A DNA stretch of 64,000 nucleotides from Sphingobium sp. GTDB taxonomy: Bacteria > Pseudomonadota > Alphaproteobacteria > Sphingomonadales > Sphingomonadaceae. The stretch spans positions 2,545,668-2,609,667 of the forward strand of contig OZ245788.1 in NCBI GenBank assembly GCA_965228065.1, read 5' to 3'. Below the pieces are notes generated by a model, which saw nothing but the letters and a program-made list of their open reading frames with translations, did no database searches and was not told the DNA's origin. Of the stretch, positions 8,851 through 18,063 are shown in pieces. The first letter of the stretch is position 1; each line of letters opens with the position of its first letter. Position numbers and translations under genes: made by a program.

Positions 8851-9409
8851 GGTTCGCCCTTTTTCGAGGGCCGCCGGGGCAGATGACTATCGCTTGAAGA
8901 CCATGCGCTCACCGTACCCGGCGGCGATGGTCATGGATGATGACGCGCCGCTCCCTACAGGAAGCGCCAATAGCCCTTATGCGAGGTGATAAAGTTCGTC
9001 ATCGCGAGTGTCTCTGTCATAGCCGGCGTTTCGGATCAACAGGCTTTTGGGGAGTGGTGATGGATGATCGTCGCATCCGTGGCAGATGGCTCGTGCACCG
9101 GAGGACTCAATCTGTCGTCTTTTGTCGCGATGAGGCGACAGATCCCCAGGGGAGCAGAATGTGGTTGCCTCGTCGATCGGCGGTCCGCTGTCTTTGCGGT
9201 CCGTTTCCGGCGATGCGGCCATGATCGTCACGGATATCGGGCGTGGGCATCTTCATTGCGGATCCTTTCGATCTTGCCCTGATTGTCGGATTGCGGCGTG
9301 CGTCGCGCCATACGCAACTTTCCTGAGGCGATGGTCGTGGCGCGAGAATGGGCGGTCATAGGTAGTTTTGCGCATGGCCTGCGCGAGCCATGCAGGGCAG
9401 GGGGCGGTG

Positions 9410-10651
9410 ATGGGCGAGCCGGATCAATTGAAACTGCTGGCATGTGCGCTGGCGATCGGCCTGCTCATCGGAATCGAGCGCGGCTGGCTGCTTCGCCTGG
9501 AGCCGGATGGCACGCGTGTCGCGGGCTTCCGGACATTTGGGCTGATCGGGTTGTCGGGTGGGATTGCCGGGCTGCTGCCGATGCCGCTGTCGGTCGCGAT
9601 GCTAGTCGCGATCGCGGCATTGTTTGTGGTGGGTTATGCACGCGACAGCATCGGCAAGGTCAATCGCAGTGCGACGACGCCGCTCACGGCGCTGTTGACA
9701 CTGATGCTCGGTGTGCTCGCGACAACGGGCTATCAGATGACGGCGCTCGCGACCGCAGCGGTGGTGGTGGTGCTTCTGTCGATGCGCGAGCGGATGCATA
9801 TGCTGCTCAAGGGAATCAGCCCGGAAGAGATCGGGTCGATCGCGCGGTTCGCGCTGATCGCGCTGGTGATCCTGCCGCTGATGCCCGATCGCGGTTTCGG
9901 CCCCTATGACGCGATCAATCCGTTTCAGATCTGGACGGTGGTCGTGCTCGTCTGCGGTCTGTCCTTCGTCGGCTATGCCGCGACGCGACGCGCGGGGCCG
10001 ACGCGGGGGCTGCTGCTGACCGCGTTGACCGGCGCCATCGTCTCGTCCACCGCGGTGACGGCGGCCTATGCGCGCAAACTGGCCGAGCCGTCGCCGAGTG
10101 AAGGTGCACTGATCGCGGGCATCTCCATCGCATCCAGCACGATGTTCGTCCGCGTCATGTTGCTGTCCGCCGTCCTGCTGACCCATGCGCTGCCCGCGCT
10201 CGCGCTGGCGATGATTCCCGCCATCATCGTCGCACTTGCGGCCGCCGCACTGTCGCTGCGCCGGATGAAACCGGTCCCGCCAGGGGAGGTTCCGCTGGGC
10301 AATCCGCTCGATTTCGGGCCTGCGCTGATCCTGGCGGCGATGGTTGCGGTGCTGGCGATCGCTTCGCGCTGGGCGCAGGCGCGCTACGGCGACGCGGGGC
10401 TGGGAGTTCTTCTCACCGTTACCGGCGTTGCCGATGTCGATGCCGCGGTGCTGACGGTCGCCGGACTTGCGCCGGGAACGCTGGACGGGCGAACGGCGGG
10501 GTTGATGCTGACGGCGCCTGTCCTCGCCAACACGGCGCTCAAAGGTGTGATGACGCTTGTCATTGCTCCCAATCGTCGTGGCGTGCGTGCGGCGGCGCCA
10601 TTGTTTGCCAGTGTCGCGGCTGCGGCTGCATCGCTGTGGCTGATGATTTGA
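9410..10651 (+). CDS. MgtC/SapB-family membrane protein with C-terminal DUF4010-like polytopic extension
   Basis: The ATG at 9410 follows GGGGG. The N-terminal motif LLACALAIGLLIGIERGW is typical of the MgtC family. About 10 further TM helices follow. Confidence 0.7.
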   Translation: MGEPDQLKLLACALAIGLLIGIERGWLLRLEPDGTRVAGFRTFGLIGLSGGIAGLLPMPLSVAMLVAIAALFVVGYARDSIGKVNRSATTPLTALLTLMLGVLATTGYQMTALATAAVVVVLLSMRERMHMLLKGISPEEIGSIARFALIALVILPLMPDRGFGPYDAINPFQIWTVVVLVCGLSFVGYAATRRAGPTRGLLLTALTGAIVSSTAVTAAYARKLAEPSPSEGALIAGISIASSTMFVRVMLLSAVLLTHALPALALAMIPAIIVALAAAALSLRRMKPVPPGEVPLGNPLDFGPALILAAMVAVLAIASRWAQARYGDAGLGVLLTVTGVADVDAAVLTVAGLAPGTLDGRTAGLMLTAPVLANTALKGVMTLVIAPNRRGVRAAAPLFASVAAAAASLWLMI

Positions 10652-10774
10652 CCGGCCGATCGTCTCGTTACACTTTCCGACACATTCGCGTGCTTCCGGC
10701 ACATGGCTGCGACAAGTGAGCCCTATCTCTTTCCCAGACGCCGCTGAAGGCGCCGGAACGAGAAGGAACGAACC

Positions 10775-11164
10775 ATGAAGAAGTTTCTGATGGCGCTGGC
10801 CGCAACCAGCATGATCGCCAGCCCGCTGGTTGCCAGCCAGGCACAGGCGGCTCCTTATCAGCAGAATTACGGGCGAGATATTCGCCAGAACGACAACCGC
10901 CATGGCCAGAACGACTATCGCAACGGCCGCAACGACAATCGCTACGGTCAGAACAATTACCGCAACGGCCAGCACCGCTGGGCCAAGGGCCAGCGCTTCG
11001 ATCGCCGCCAGGTGCAGAACTATCGGGTGATCAACAATCCCCGGGCCTATCATCTCGGCAACGCGCCACGCGGTTATCAGTGGGTGCAGTCGGGCAACGA
11101 CGCGGTGATGGTCGCGTTGGTCAGTGGCATCATTGGCGCGGTGATCGGTAACGCCATCCGCTAA
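10775..11164 (+). CDS. RcnB-like periplasmic protein with N/R/Y/G-rich heptad repeats
   Basis: A signal peptide (MKKFLMALAATSMIASPLVASQAQA) is present. The C-terminal pattern is WAKGQRF...YRVINNPRAYHLGNAPRGYQWVQSGNDAVMVALVSGII, typical of the RcnB/YohN family. A good SD sequence (GAAGGA) precedes the start. Confidence 0.65.
   Translation: MKKFLMALAATSMIASPLVASQAQAAPYQQNYGRDIRQNDNRHGQNDYRNGRNDNRYGQNNYRNGQHRWAKGQRFDRRQVQNYRVINNPRAYHLGNAPRGYQWVQSGNDAVMVALVSGIIGAVIGNAIR
10889..10972 (+). repeat. In-frame 4 x 21-bp tandem repeat (NDNRHGQ / NDYRNGR / NDNRYGQ / NNYRNGQ)
   Basis: The DNA reads aacgacaaccgccatggccag aacgactatcgcaacggccgc aacgacaatcgctacggtcag aacaattaccgcaacggccag. These are four contiguous 21-nt units inside the RcnB-like CDS. 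Confidence 0.9.
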
Positions 11165-11183
11165 GCCTTATGAGAGAATCGAA

Positions 11184-11218
11184 GGGATCCCCCGGAGCCA
11201 TGCTTCGGGGGATCTTTT
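11184..11218 (+). terminator. Intrinsic terminator after the RcnB-like gene
   Basis: The GC-rich stem GGGATCCCCCG (11184-11194) pairs with CGGGGGATC (11206-11214). TTTT follows at 11215-11218, 20 nt after the stop codon. Confidence 0.7.
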
Positions 11219-11305
11219 GCGTCCGTTCCCACCACGATGGCGTGGCGGACGCTCGTATCTTGCACGCGAAACGCGTATTGATCGGGTGATCGGGGTGAAG
11301 TGACG

Positions 11306-12040
11306 ATGTCGTACCGGAGTGAACTGGCCGCACACCTGCTGAAGCTGCGGTGTCGAGATGTGGTGTCGGATGAAGAGGAAGAGGTGCTCGACAGCGCCTG
11401 TTCGGGCATCCGCAACGCGGCCACGCGTGAGATATTGGTTCATGAGCGAGAGCCGCAGACGCAGAGCCATTTGCTGCTTGAAGGCATCGTCGCCCGCCAG
11501 ATCACATTGTCCGACGGACGCCGGCAGATCGTTGCATTGCATGTGCCCGGCGATTTCGTCGATCTGCACAGTTTCCTGATCCAGCGGCTCGAACATGATG
11601 TTGTTGCGCTTACCCCGGTTCGCATCGCGCTGTTCCCCCACGCTAATCTCCGCCGTATTACCGAGACGCATCCGCATCTGACACGGCTGCTGTGGCTCAG
11701 CACGCTGCTCGATGCCGCGCTCCATCGCGAATGGGTGCTTTCGGTGGGGCGTCGCAGCGCAAAGGAGCGCGTCGCGCATTTGCTGTGCGAATTGCATGCG
11801 CGTCTCAAGGTGGTCGAGCACACCACTGGCAATGGCTATTCGCTGCCGCTCAGCCAGGTCGACATCGCCGATGCGTGCGGCCTCACGTCCGTCCATGTGA
11901 ACCGCGTGCTGCGGACTTTGCGCGAGGCGGGGCTGGCAGTGTTCAAGGCGCGCACTGTCGAGATCCTCGATCCCGACGGCCTGGCGGCGGTAGCGGATTT
12001 CGATCCCTTCTATCTGCATCTGGGCGGTTTTCCGCGCTAA
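11306..12040 (+). CDS. Crp/Fnr-family transcriptional regulator
   Basis: The cNMP-binding-like beta-roll reads LLLEGIVARQITLSDGRRQIVALHVPGDFVD. The C-terminal HTH reads LPLSQVDIADACGLTSVHVNRVLRTLREAG. GTG at 11300 is an alternative start. Confidence 0.85.
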   Translation: MSYRSELAAHLLKLRCRDVVSDEEEEVLDSACSGIRNAATREILVHEREPQTQSHLLLEGIVARQITLSDGRRQIVALHVPGDFVDLHSFLIQRLEHDVVALTPVRIALFPHANLRRITETHPHLTRLLWLSTLLDAALHREWVLSVGRRSAKERVAHLLCELHARLKVVEHTTGNGYSLPLSQVDIADACGLTSVHVNRVLRTLREAGLAVFKARTVEILDPDGLAAVADFDPFYLHLGGFPR

Positions 12041-12057
12041 CGGCGCAAATCCGTTCA

Positions 12058-12154
12058 CTGTCGCTCCAGCGAAAGCTGGAGCCCATACGATCTTTGAGCT
12101 GCAGTGCGGTTGGACTATTGCATGGGCTCCAGCTTTCGCTGGAGCGACCGACAG
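12058..12154. repeat. MITE/REP-like element with about 28-bp terminal inverted repeats
   Basis: The left arm is CTGTCGCTCCAGCGAAAGCTGGAGCCCAT (12058-12086). The right arm is ATGGGCTCCAGCTTTCGCTGGAGCGAC(CG)ACAG (12122-12154). Each arm is itself a small palindrome (GCTCCAGC-GAAA-GCTGGAGC). It belongs to the same family as 2147-2172. Confidence 0.85.
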
Positions 12155-12181
12155 TAATTGGTGCCTCGGTCCTCGCTCCCC

Positions 12182-13999
12182 TCAGCCGACCGACCAGCGC
12201 CGCCGCACCACACGCTCCAGCACGGCGAGCGGCATCGCTCCGTCCGACAGAACGCCGTGGAATTCCTTCAGGTTGAAGCCGGGCTGTTTCTCGACTTCGG
12301 CGCGCAGGCGCGTCCAGACGGTATGGCCGATCTTGTAGCTGCAGGCCTGGCCCGGCCAGACGGTGTAGCGATCGATCTCGCCCTGGCTGCGGCCGCGCGC
12401 GATGCCGGTCGTCGCGATCAGATAGTCGGTCGCCTTTTCGCGGCTCCAGCGCTTTGAATGCATGCCGCTGTCGACCACCAGTCGGGTCGCGCGGAACAGC
12501 AGCGACTGGAGATAACCGACCTGGCCGAGCGGATCGCCCTTGAACATGCCCATCTCGTCGGCGAGCTGCTCGGAATAGAGCGCCCAGCCCTCCGAATAAC
12601 CGCTGAAGAAACCACGCCGGCGGATCATCGGGATTTCCGGGCTCTCCAGTGCGACGCTGACCTGAAGGTGATGGCCGGGGACGGCCTCGTGGTGGGTCAG
12701 TGTGGCCAGGCCGAATTTGGGCCGGTCGAACGTGTCGCGCAGGTTGATGTAGTAGATGGCCGGGCGCGAGCCATCGAGCGAGGCGTTCTGATAATAGCCG
12801 CCCGGTGCGCCCGCCTGGATTGTCGGCGGCACGCGGCGGACCTCGACCGGCGCCTTGGGCAGCACCGCGAACGCTTCGGACAGGCGCGGCTGCATCGCCT
12901 CGATCTGGCGATTGAGCTGGGCGAGCAGTGCGTCGCGGCCTTCGTCGGTGTTGGGGTAGAGCTGGTCGGGGCGCTTGTTGAGTTCGACCATGCGATCGCC
13001 GACGCTGCCCTGGCTCATGCCTTCGCCTTTCAGGATCGTGTCGATCCGGGCGCTGATCTCCGCCACCTGCTCCAGCCCGAGGCGGTGGATCTCGTCGCCG
13101 GTGATCTTCACCGTCGTCGCGGCTTCGGCGGCCGCGCTGTAATAGGCATCGCCGTCGGGCAGGCGCCAGCAACCGGCGTCGTGGACGGCCTTGGCGCGCA
13201 GCTCGGTGACCAGATCGCGCTGGCGGTCGAGTGCGGGGAACACCTTCTGCTCGACGATCGCGGTTGCTTGCGCGACGCGGTCGGCCGGCAGGTTCGCCGC
13301 CTTCAATTTCGCCGCGAAGGTCGCGACCATCACCGTCTGATCCGCCGGCTTTTCGCGCGCGCTGGCGAGGATTTTCAACGTGGTGTCGAGGATATAGTCA
13401 GGCGCGAACACGCCCTTGGCCGCGTCCTCGCGCTGGCTGGCGCTGCTCGTGTCGATCGCGCCGGGAAATGCCTCCAGCCGGGCGAGATAGGCGTCCGCCT
13501 CCGCCGCGTCGCGCACGCGTACCTGCGATTCCAGAAAATCGGGCACGTCGCGATAGGGGCCGCTTAGCTGGCTGAGCACATAGGGGGAGAAGCGCCCCAT
13601 ACTGCTGCCGTAGCGGAAGCGTTCGGCGCCCGCGATCGACTGGGTGAGCTGATAGGTGACGACTTCATGGTCGATCTTGCCTGCGGCGGAGAGTTTGGCG
13701 GTATCGACCTTGCTCAACTCGGCCAATTCGCCCTTTGCGCGGGCAAGCTGGCGTGCCTGCGCCGTCGCGGATTCGTCGTCGAGTTTGGTTCTGAGCGCAG
13801 CGCGTGGCCCGGTGTCGAGGCCGAGGCGCGTCGCCTGTTCGGGCGACTCGTTGAGCCGCGCGTAGAAAAAGCGATCGAGCATCGCGCGCAGATCGGCGTC
13901 CGCCTTGGTGGGGGTGCCGATGGCGGCCGCAGCCCGAACCGGCAGCGCGCCGGCCAGCGAGGCCGCGGCGGCGCCGATGACGAAATTGCGACGATCCAT
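12182..13999 (-). CDS. DUF885-family (putative metallopeptidase-like) protein, Tat-exported
   Basis: The ORF is 605 aa. The twin-arginine signal is MDRRNFVIGAAAASLAGALPVRA. The signature is HHEAVPGHHLQ (HExxPGHH). Confidence 0.85.
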   Translation of the reverse strand: MDRRNFVIGAAAASLAGALPVRAAAAIGTPTKADADLRAMLDRFFYARLNESPEQATRLGLDTGPRAALRTKLDDESATAQARQLARAKGELAELSKVDTAKLSAAGKIDHEVVTYQLTQSIAGAERFRYGSSMGRFSPYVLSQLSGPYRDVPDFLESQVRVRDAAEADAYLARLEAFPGAIDTSSASQREDAAKGVFAPDYILDTTLKILASAREKPADQTVMVATFAAKLKAANLPADRVAQATAIVEQKVFPALDRQRDLVTELRAKAVHDAGCWRLPDGDAYYSAAAEAATTVKITGDEIHRLGLEQVAEISARIDTILKGEGMSQGSVGDRMVELNKRPDQLYPNTDEGRDALLAQLNRQIEAMQPRLSEAFAVLPKAPVEVRRVPPTIQAGAPGGYYQNASLDGSRPAIYYINLRDTFDRPKFGLATLTHHEAVPGHHLQVSVALESPEIPMIRRRGFFSGYSEGWALYSEQLADEMGMFKGDPLGQVGYLQSLLFRATRLVVDSGMHSKRWSREKATDYLIATTGIARGRSQGEIDRYTVWPGQACSYKIGHTVWTRLRAEVEKQPGFNLKEFHGVLSDGAMPLAVLERVVRRRWSVG

Positions 14000-14126
14000 G
14001 GTGTGTCTCCGGCAAATCCAGGCGGTGTTGGACCCCTGTCTAGAACGAGGTGCAACTGGACGGAAGCATATCCGGTATTTCGGATATAATTGGGTCCATC
14101 CAGTCGCATACGGCCCTAAGGCAGGG

Positions 14127-16556
14127 TTACTTGGCGCCTTTCAGATAGCGACCGAACCAGTCGTCCCAGTCCCAGACGACCTGCCCCATCGACTCCCGCG
14201 CGTCGTAGCGATGGGCTTCGAACGGCATCATGGTCAGGCGGGTGGTTGCTCCGTGTCCCTTCAGTGCTGCGTAGAAGCGCTCGCTCTGGATCGGGAAGGT
14301 TCCCATATTGTCATCGGCGGCGCCGTGGATCAGCGACAGCGGCTGCTTGATCCGATCTGCGAACGAGAAGGGCGACATGCGGGTGTAGAGCTCCGGCGCC
14401 TGCCAATAGCTGCGCACCTCGTTCTGGAAGCTGAATGGCGTGAGCGTGCGGTTATAGGCACCGCTCAACGCCACCCCGGCCTTGAACAGGTCCGAATGCG
14501 CCAGCAGGTTCGCGGTCATGAAGGCACCGTAGCTGTGGCCGGTCACCCCGACGCGCGCCCGATCGACGACGCCGAGGCGTACGCCTTCGTCGATCGCCGC
14601 CTTCGCACCCGAGACCAGTTGCTCCACGAACGTATCATTGGGTTCGCTGGCGCCCTCGCCAATGACCGGCAGGGCTGCATTGAACAGCACCGCATAGCCG
14701 CGATAGGCGAGCAGCGGATAGAGCTGGTAGAAGCCGTAGACGGGGAAGCGGTTGGGCGATCCCTTCACTTGGCCCGCGGTGTCGCGCGATTTGAACTCCG
14801 CGGGATAGGCATGAAGCACGGTCGGCAACGGGCCGTCTGCGGGCTTGTAATCCGGCGGCAGATAGAGCGTCGCCGTCAGCGGCACGCCATCGGCGCGGGT
14901 ATAGTGAAGCAGCTTCTTCTGGGCGAGCGCGGTCGTGCCGAACGGGTTGGGGAAATGGGTCAGCCGGGTTTCGCGGCCGCCGGGCGCAACCAGATAATAA
15001 TCGGGCGGGATCGTCGCGCTTTCGCGACGGACCAGCAGGCGTCCGTCGGCGAGCACGTCCTGCGCCTCCTCATAACGATCGGCGGCCGACCGCCAGGCGA
15101 TGCGGCGCACGCCGGTGGCGAGATCGAGCCGCGATGTGAAAGGCCGATCACCCTCGGGCGTGCCGCCGGTGCCGGTCAGCCAGACCTGTCCCTTGCCGGC
15201 ATCCGCGATCACCGGCGCCCCCTGAGCGTTGACCGTCATCAGCGGCGCGCCGGGATCGGCATAGCCATCCTCGGTCGATCCTTCGTAGAGTGTGTGCAGG
15301 CCGGTGCGATCGAGCGCCGACAGACGGCGCAGCCGCGTCTTGCGCCACCGTTCCTCGACCAGGGCCTTGCCGTCGGTGCTCCAGTTCACGGCGTAGAAGC
15401 GCGACTGAAGCCGGGCGACGCTGGCCGGCGCGGCGGTGAATGGTGCGGACAAGGTGAGAAGCTCGTCACGTTCGGTCGCCGCGCGTGCGGGATCGCCGCC
15501 GTCGAGCGCGCTTGCCCAGACCAGGGTCGCCGGCGCATCCGACCGCCATTCCACCGCGCGCGGGCCGGTGCCGACCGCGTCCATCGCGATCGGCACGCCG
15601 GACTCGAGCGGCTTCTCGACGATCGTCATGCTGCTGCCGTCGCCGAGATTGAGGACCGACAGGCGCTGCGGAAATTTGTCGAGCGGGAACTGATAGGAAT
15701 AGGGACGCACGCGCTCGCTGACGAGCAGCCATTGTCCGTCGGGCGATGGTGCGATGCGATCGTGAAGCGCGGCCTTCCCGATCCGCCGGACCGTGCCGTC
15801 GGTGCCGACCAGCGCCAGCTCGGTCGCCATGTGATGGTCGAGCAGCCGTTCGTCGAGCGGCGACCTGAGCAGATCCTGATAGGTCCGGCCCGGCGCGACC
15901 TTGCCGTCATTGGCTTCGACGGAGGGCGCGATCGTATCGGCCGAAGCCACCGGCGCTGCGGCTCGGGTGGACGGCACGGCGAGGCACGCCAGCAGCGTGT
16001 TGTTGCTCAGCCATGCGCAGGGCGGCCCGAGCACGCTGTTGACGTCGAGGCCGGCGATCTGGGTGGCAGTGGCTGTGGCGGCGTCGACCAGCCACAGCCC
16101 GTGACGGCGTCCGCCGTCATAGCCGGCAACGCTGACTGCTGCTCTGGCGCCATCGGGCGACCAGGCGACGCTGGAGATCCGGCCGGCGGCGGGCAGGCCG
16201 GCGATGGCGCGGATGCGGCCATTTGCCAGATCGACCAGCGACAGGCTGCGATAATAGGTCACCGTCCATGGTTCGCGGCCGCGCGCCCAGGCCTCGGGGT
16301 TGAAGCGGAAGCCGGCGAGGCGAAGCTCCGGCTCGGCCAGTTCGGCGATCGTGCGGACGCCATAGGGCTGGGCGACGATCGCGACGCGGCTCTTACCGGG
16401 CGCCGGCAGGATGTGCGGCGTAAGCGGTGCGGAGATCAGCTTATCGAGCTCACCCGGCGCAGGCTTGTAGCCGGGTTCTTCCGCTGCGGCCGCCGAAAGC
16501 CCCCCGAGTGCGGCAACCGCCACGCACAACCGCATCACCGAACCGAACTTCGTCAT
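14127..16556 (-). CDS. S9-family (prolyl oligopeptidase/dipeptidyl peptidase-like) serine peptidase with N-terminal beta-propeller
   Basis: The likely start is MTKFGSVMRL (ATG at 16556), with a signal peptide. The nucleophile motif is VTGHSYGAFMTANLL. The region containing the catalytic Asp and His reads LIHGAADDNMG...FEAHRY. PD40-like SPDG repeats occur in the N-terminal half. Confidence 0.85.
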   Translation of the reverse strand: MTKFGSVMRLCVAVAALGGLSAAAAEEPGYKPAPGELDKLISAPLTPHILPAPGKSRVAIVAQPYGVRTIAELAEPELRLAGFRFNPEAWARGREPWTVTYYRSLSLVDLANGRIRAIAGLPAAGRISSVAWSPDGARAAVSVAGYDGGRRHGLWLVDAATATATQIAGLDVNSVLGPPCAWLSNNTLLACLAVPSTRAAAPVASADTIAPSVEANDGKVAPGRTYQDLLRSPLDERLLDHHMATELALVGTDGTVRRIGKAALHDRIAPSPDGQWLLVSERVRPYSYQFPLDKFPQRLSVLNLGDGSSMTIVEKPLESGVPIAMDAVGTGPRAVEWRSDAPATLVWASALDGGDPARAATERDELLTLSAPFTAAPASVARLQSRFYAVNWSTDGKALVEERWRKTRLRRLSALDRTGLHTLYEGSTEDGYADPGAPLMTVNAQGAPVIADAGKGQVWLTGTGGTPEGDRPFTSRLDLATGVRRIAWRSAADRYEEAQDVLADGRLLVRRESATIPPDYYLVAPGGRETRLTHFPNPFGTTALAQKKLLHYTRADGVPLTATLYLPPDYKPADGPLPTVLHAYPAEFKSRDTAGQVKGSPNRFPVYGFYQLYPLLAYRGYAVLFNAALPVIGEGASEPNDTFVEQLVSGAKAAIDEGVRLGVVDRARVGVTGHSYGAFMTANLLAHSDLFKAGVALSGAYNRTLTPFSFQNEVRSYWQAPELYTRMSPFSFADRIKQPLSLIHGAADDNMGTFPIQSERFYAALKGHGATTRLTMMPFEAHRYDARESMGQVVWDWDDWFGRYLKGAK

Positions 16557-16653
16557 GTGCCACTCCCCCTGAGCTGTCGCCGGGGATCGATACGCCCCAC
16601 GCACTCAAGAGGAAGACGATCGGATTTCACAAAACCGACAAATAACTTTCACA

Positions 16654-17907
16654 TCACGCGAGAGCCGGCAATTCATCCGAAAGCGCGCGAATGTCGCCAG
16701 CCAGTTTTCGCGCGAGGAACAGGCAGGCGACCACGCCGACCACGCTTGGCAGCATGCCGAAGAACAGTGCCGGGCGCAGGCTGAGGGCGGTTGAATGTTC
16801 CCAATAGCTGCTGAGTGCGCCGACCAATGTCGGACCCATGCCCATGCCGATCAGATTGGCGACGAGGAACAGCATTGCTGTCGCCGATGCGCGCAGGCCG
16901 GCGGGGATCGCGGTCTGCAGCACTGCGAACATGCAGGTTGCGGGAACCAGCGCCAGACTGGGTGCGATCGCGAGCACGGGCAGGGCGATGCGGACGTCCC
17001 TGATCTGCACGCCGATCGCCATCGAGACGATCATGATCGTCAGCACGATGGCGGGCAGCCAGCCCATCCAGCGTATGTCGCGGCGCGCCAGTCGATCGAT
17101 GAGCGGCCCGGACGCCAGCACGCAGATGAGGCCGATCAGCCCGGCGGTCAGGCCGACGAACATGCCGACCTGCGTGATCGACAGGCCGTGCGCGCGCGAC
17201 AGGAAGGCAGGTGTCCAGGCGCCGGTGCCATTGGTGAAGAACAGGATGCCGACCATCGCGCACGTCGCGAGGCGAAAGCTGGAATGGCCGCCCAGCCGGC
17301 GCAGCACCAGCCGGTAATCCTGCCGCGTTACTGGCGTGATCCGCGCCGGTTCGCGAACGGTCAGCATATAGATGATCGCGGTGACCACACCGATCAGCCC
17401 GGTGATCACGAATGTCGCGCGCCAGCCCATCTGGCTCGCCATGCCTGAGACGAGGAGCACGCCGCCGAGCAGCCCCAGATTGCCGCCCGCGGTGAATGCG
17501 CCCGATGCGAAGCCTTTCCGATCGGGGAAGGTGTCGGCCAGCATCGAGAGCGATGCGGGCGTCGTGCCCGCTTCGCCGATGGCGACCGCCATGCGCGCGA
17601 CCACGAGCTGGCCGAAATTCTGGACGAAGCCGCATGCCGCGGTCGCCACGCTGAAGACGCTCAGGCAGATCGCGACCAGATTGCGGCGATTGCCGCTGTC
17701 GGCGATCCAGGCGATGGGCAGGGTGAAGAGCGCATAGCAGACCGCGAAGCTGATCCCGGTGAGCAGGCCCATCTGCCAGTCGGACAGCGCGATATCCTTG
17801 CGCACCGATTCTGCCATCAACGGCAAGAGCTGCCGATCGATGATGTTCACCGCATAGACGATCGCCGAAAGCAGGAGAAAGCCATAGCCACGCGCGCTCT
17901 TCATCAT
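16654..17907 (-). CDS. MFS transporter
   Basis: The ORF is 417 aa with about 12 TM helices. An MFS loop 2-3-like motif reads WIADSGNRRNLVAI. Confidence 0.85.
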   Translation of the reverse strand: MMKSARGYGFLLLSAIVYAVNIIDRQLLPLMAESVRKDIALSDWQMGLLTGISFAVCYALFTLPIAWIADSGNRRNLVAICLSVFSVATAACGFVQNFGQLVVARMAVAIGEAGTTPASLSMLADTFPDRKGFASGAFTAGGNLGLLGGVLLVSGMASQMGWRATFVITGLIGVVTAIIYMLTVREPARITPVTRQDYRLVLRRLGGHSSFRLATCAMVGILFFTNGTGAWTPAFLSRAHGLSITQVGMFVGLTAGLIGLICVLASGPLIDRLARRDIRWMGWLPAIVLTIMIVSMAIGVQIRDVRIALPVLAIAPSLALVPATCMFAVLQTAIPAGLRASATAMLFLVANLIGMGMGPTLVGALSSYWEHSTALSLRPALFFGMLPSVVGVVACLFLARKLAGDIRALSDELPALA

Positions 17908-18063
17908 CGCTTTCTCCGGTTCAGATATTTTTCGTAATCGAAACTTGACCGCGTGGCAACAATCGCTCAGCTATCCAGAACAATTCGTGGATTCTCTCTT
18001 GGGGCCTCGAAAAGACGAACATCCGTATTCGATAGCGAAACGATCCGCACTGGAACGCAGCAC

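Noticed and set aside
8937-9231. Overlapping ORFs of 95 aa (plus strand) and 84 aa (minus strand) lie upstream of the MgtC-family gene.
   Set aside because: They overlap each other on opposite strands. They have weak codon bias, no ribosome-binding sites and implausible products (Cys/Arg-rich or Pro/Asp-rich). I keep the region as non-coding of unknown role.
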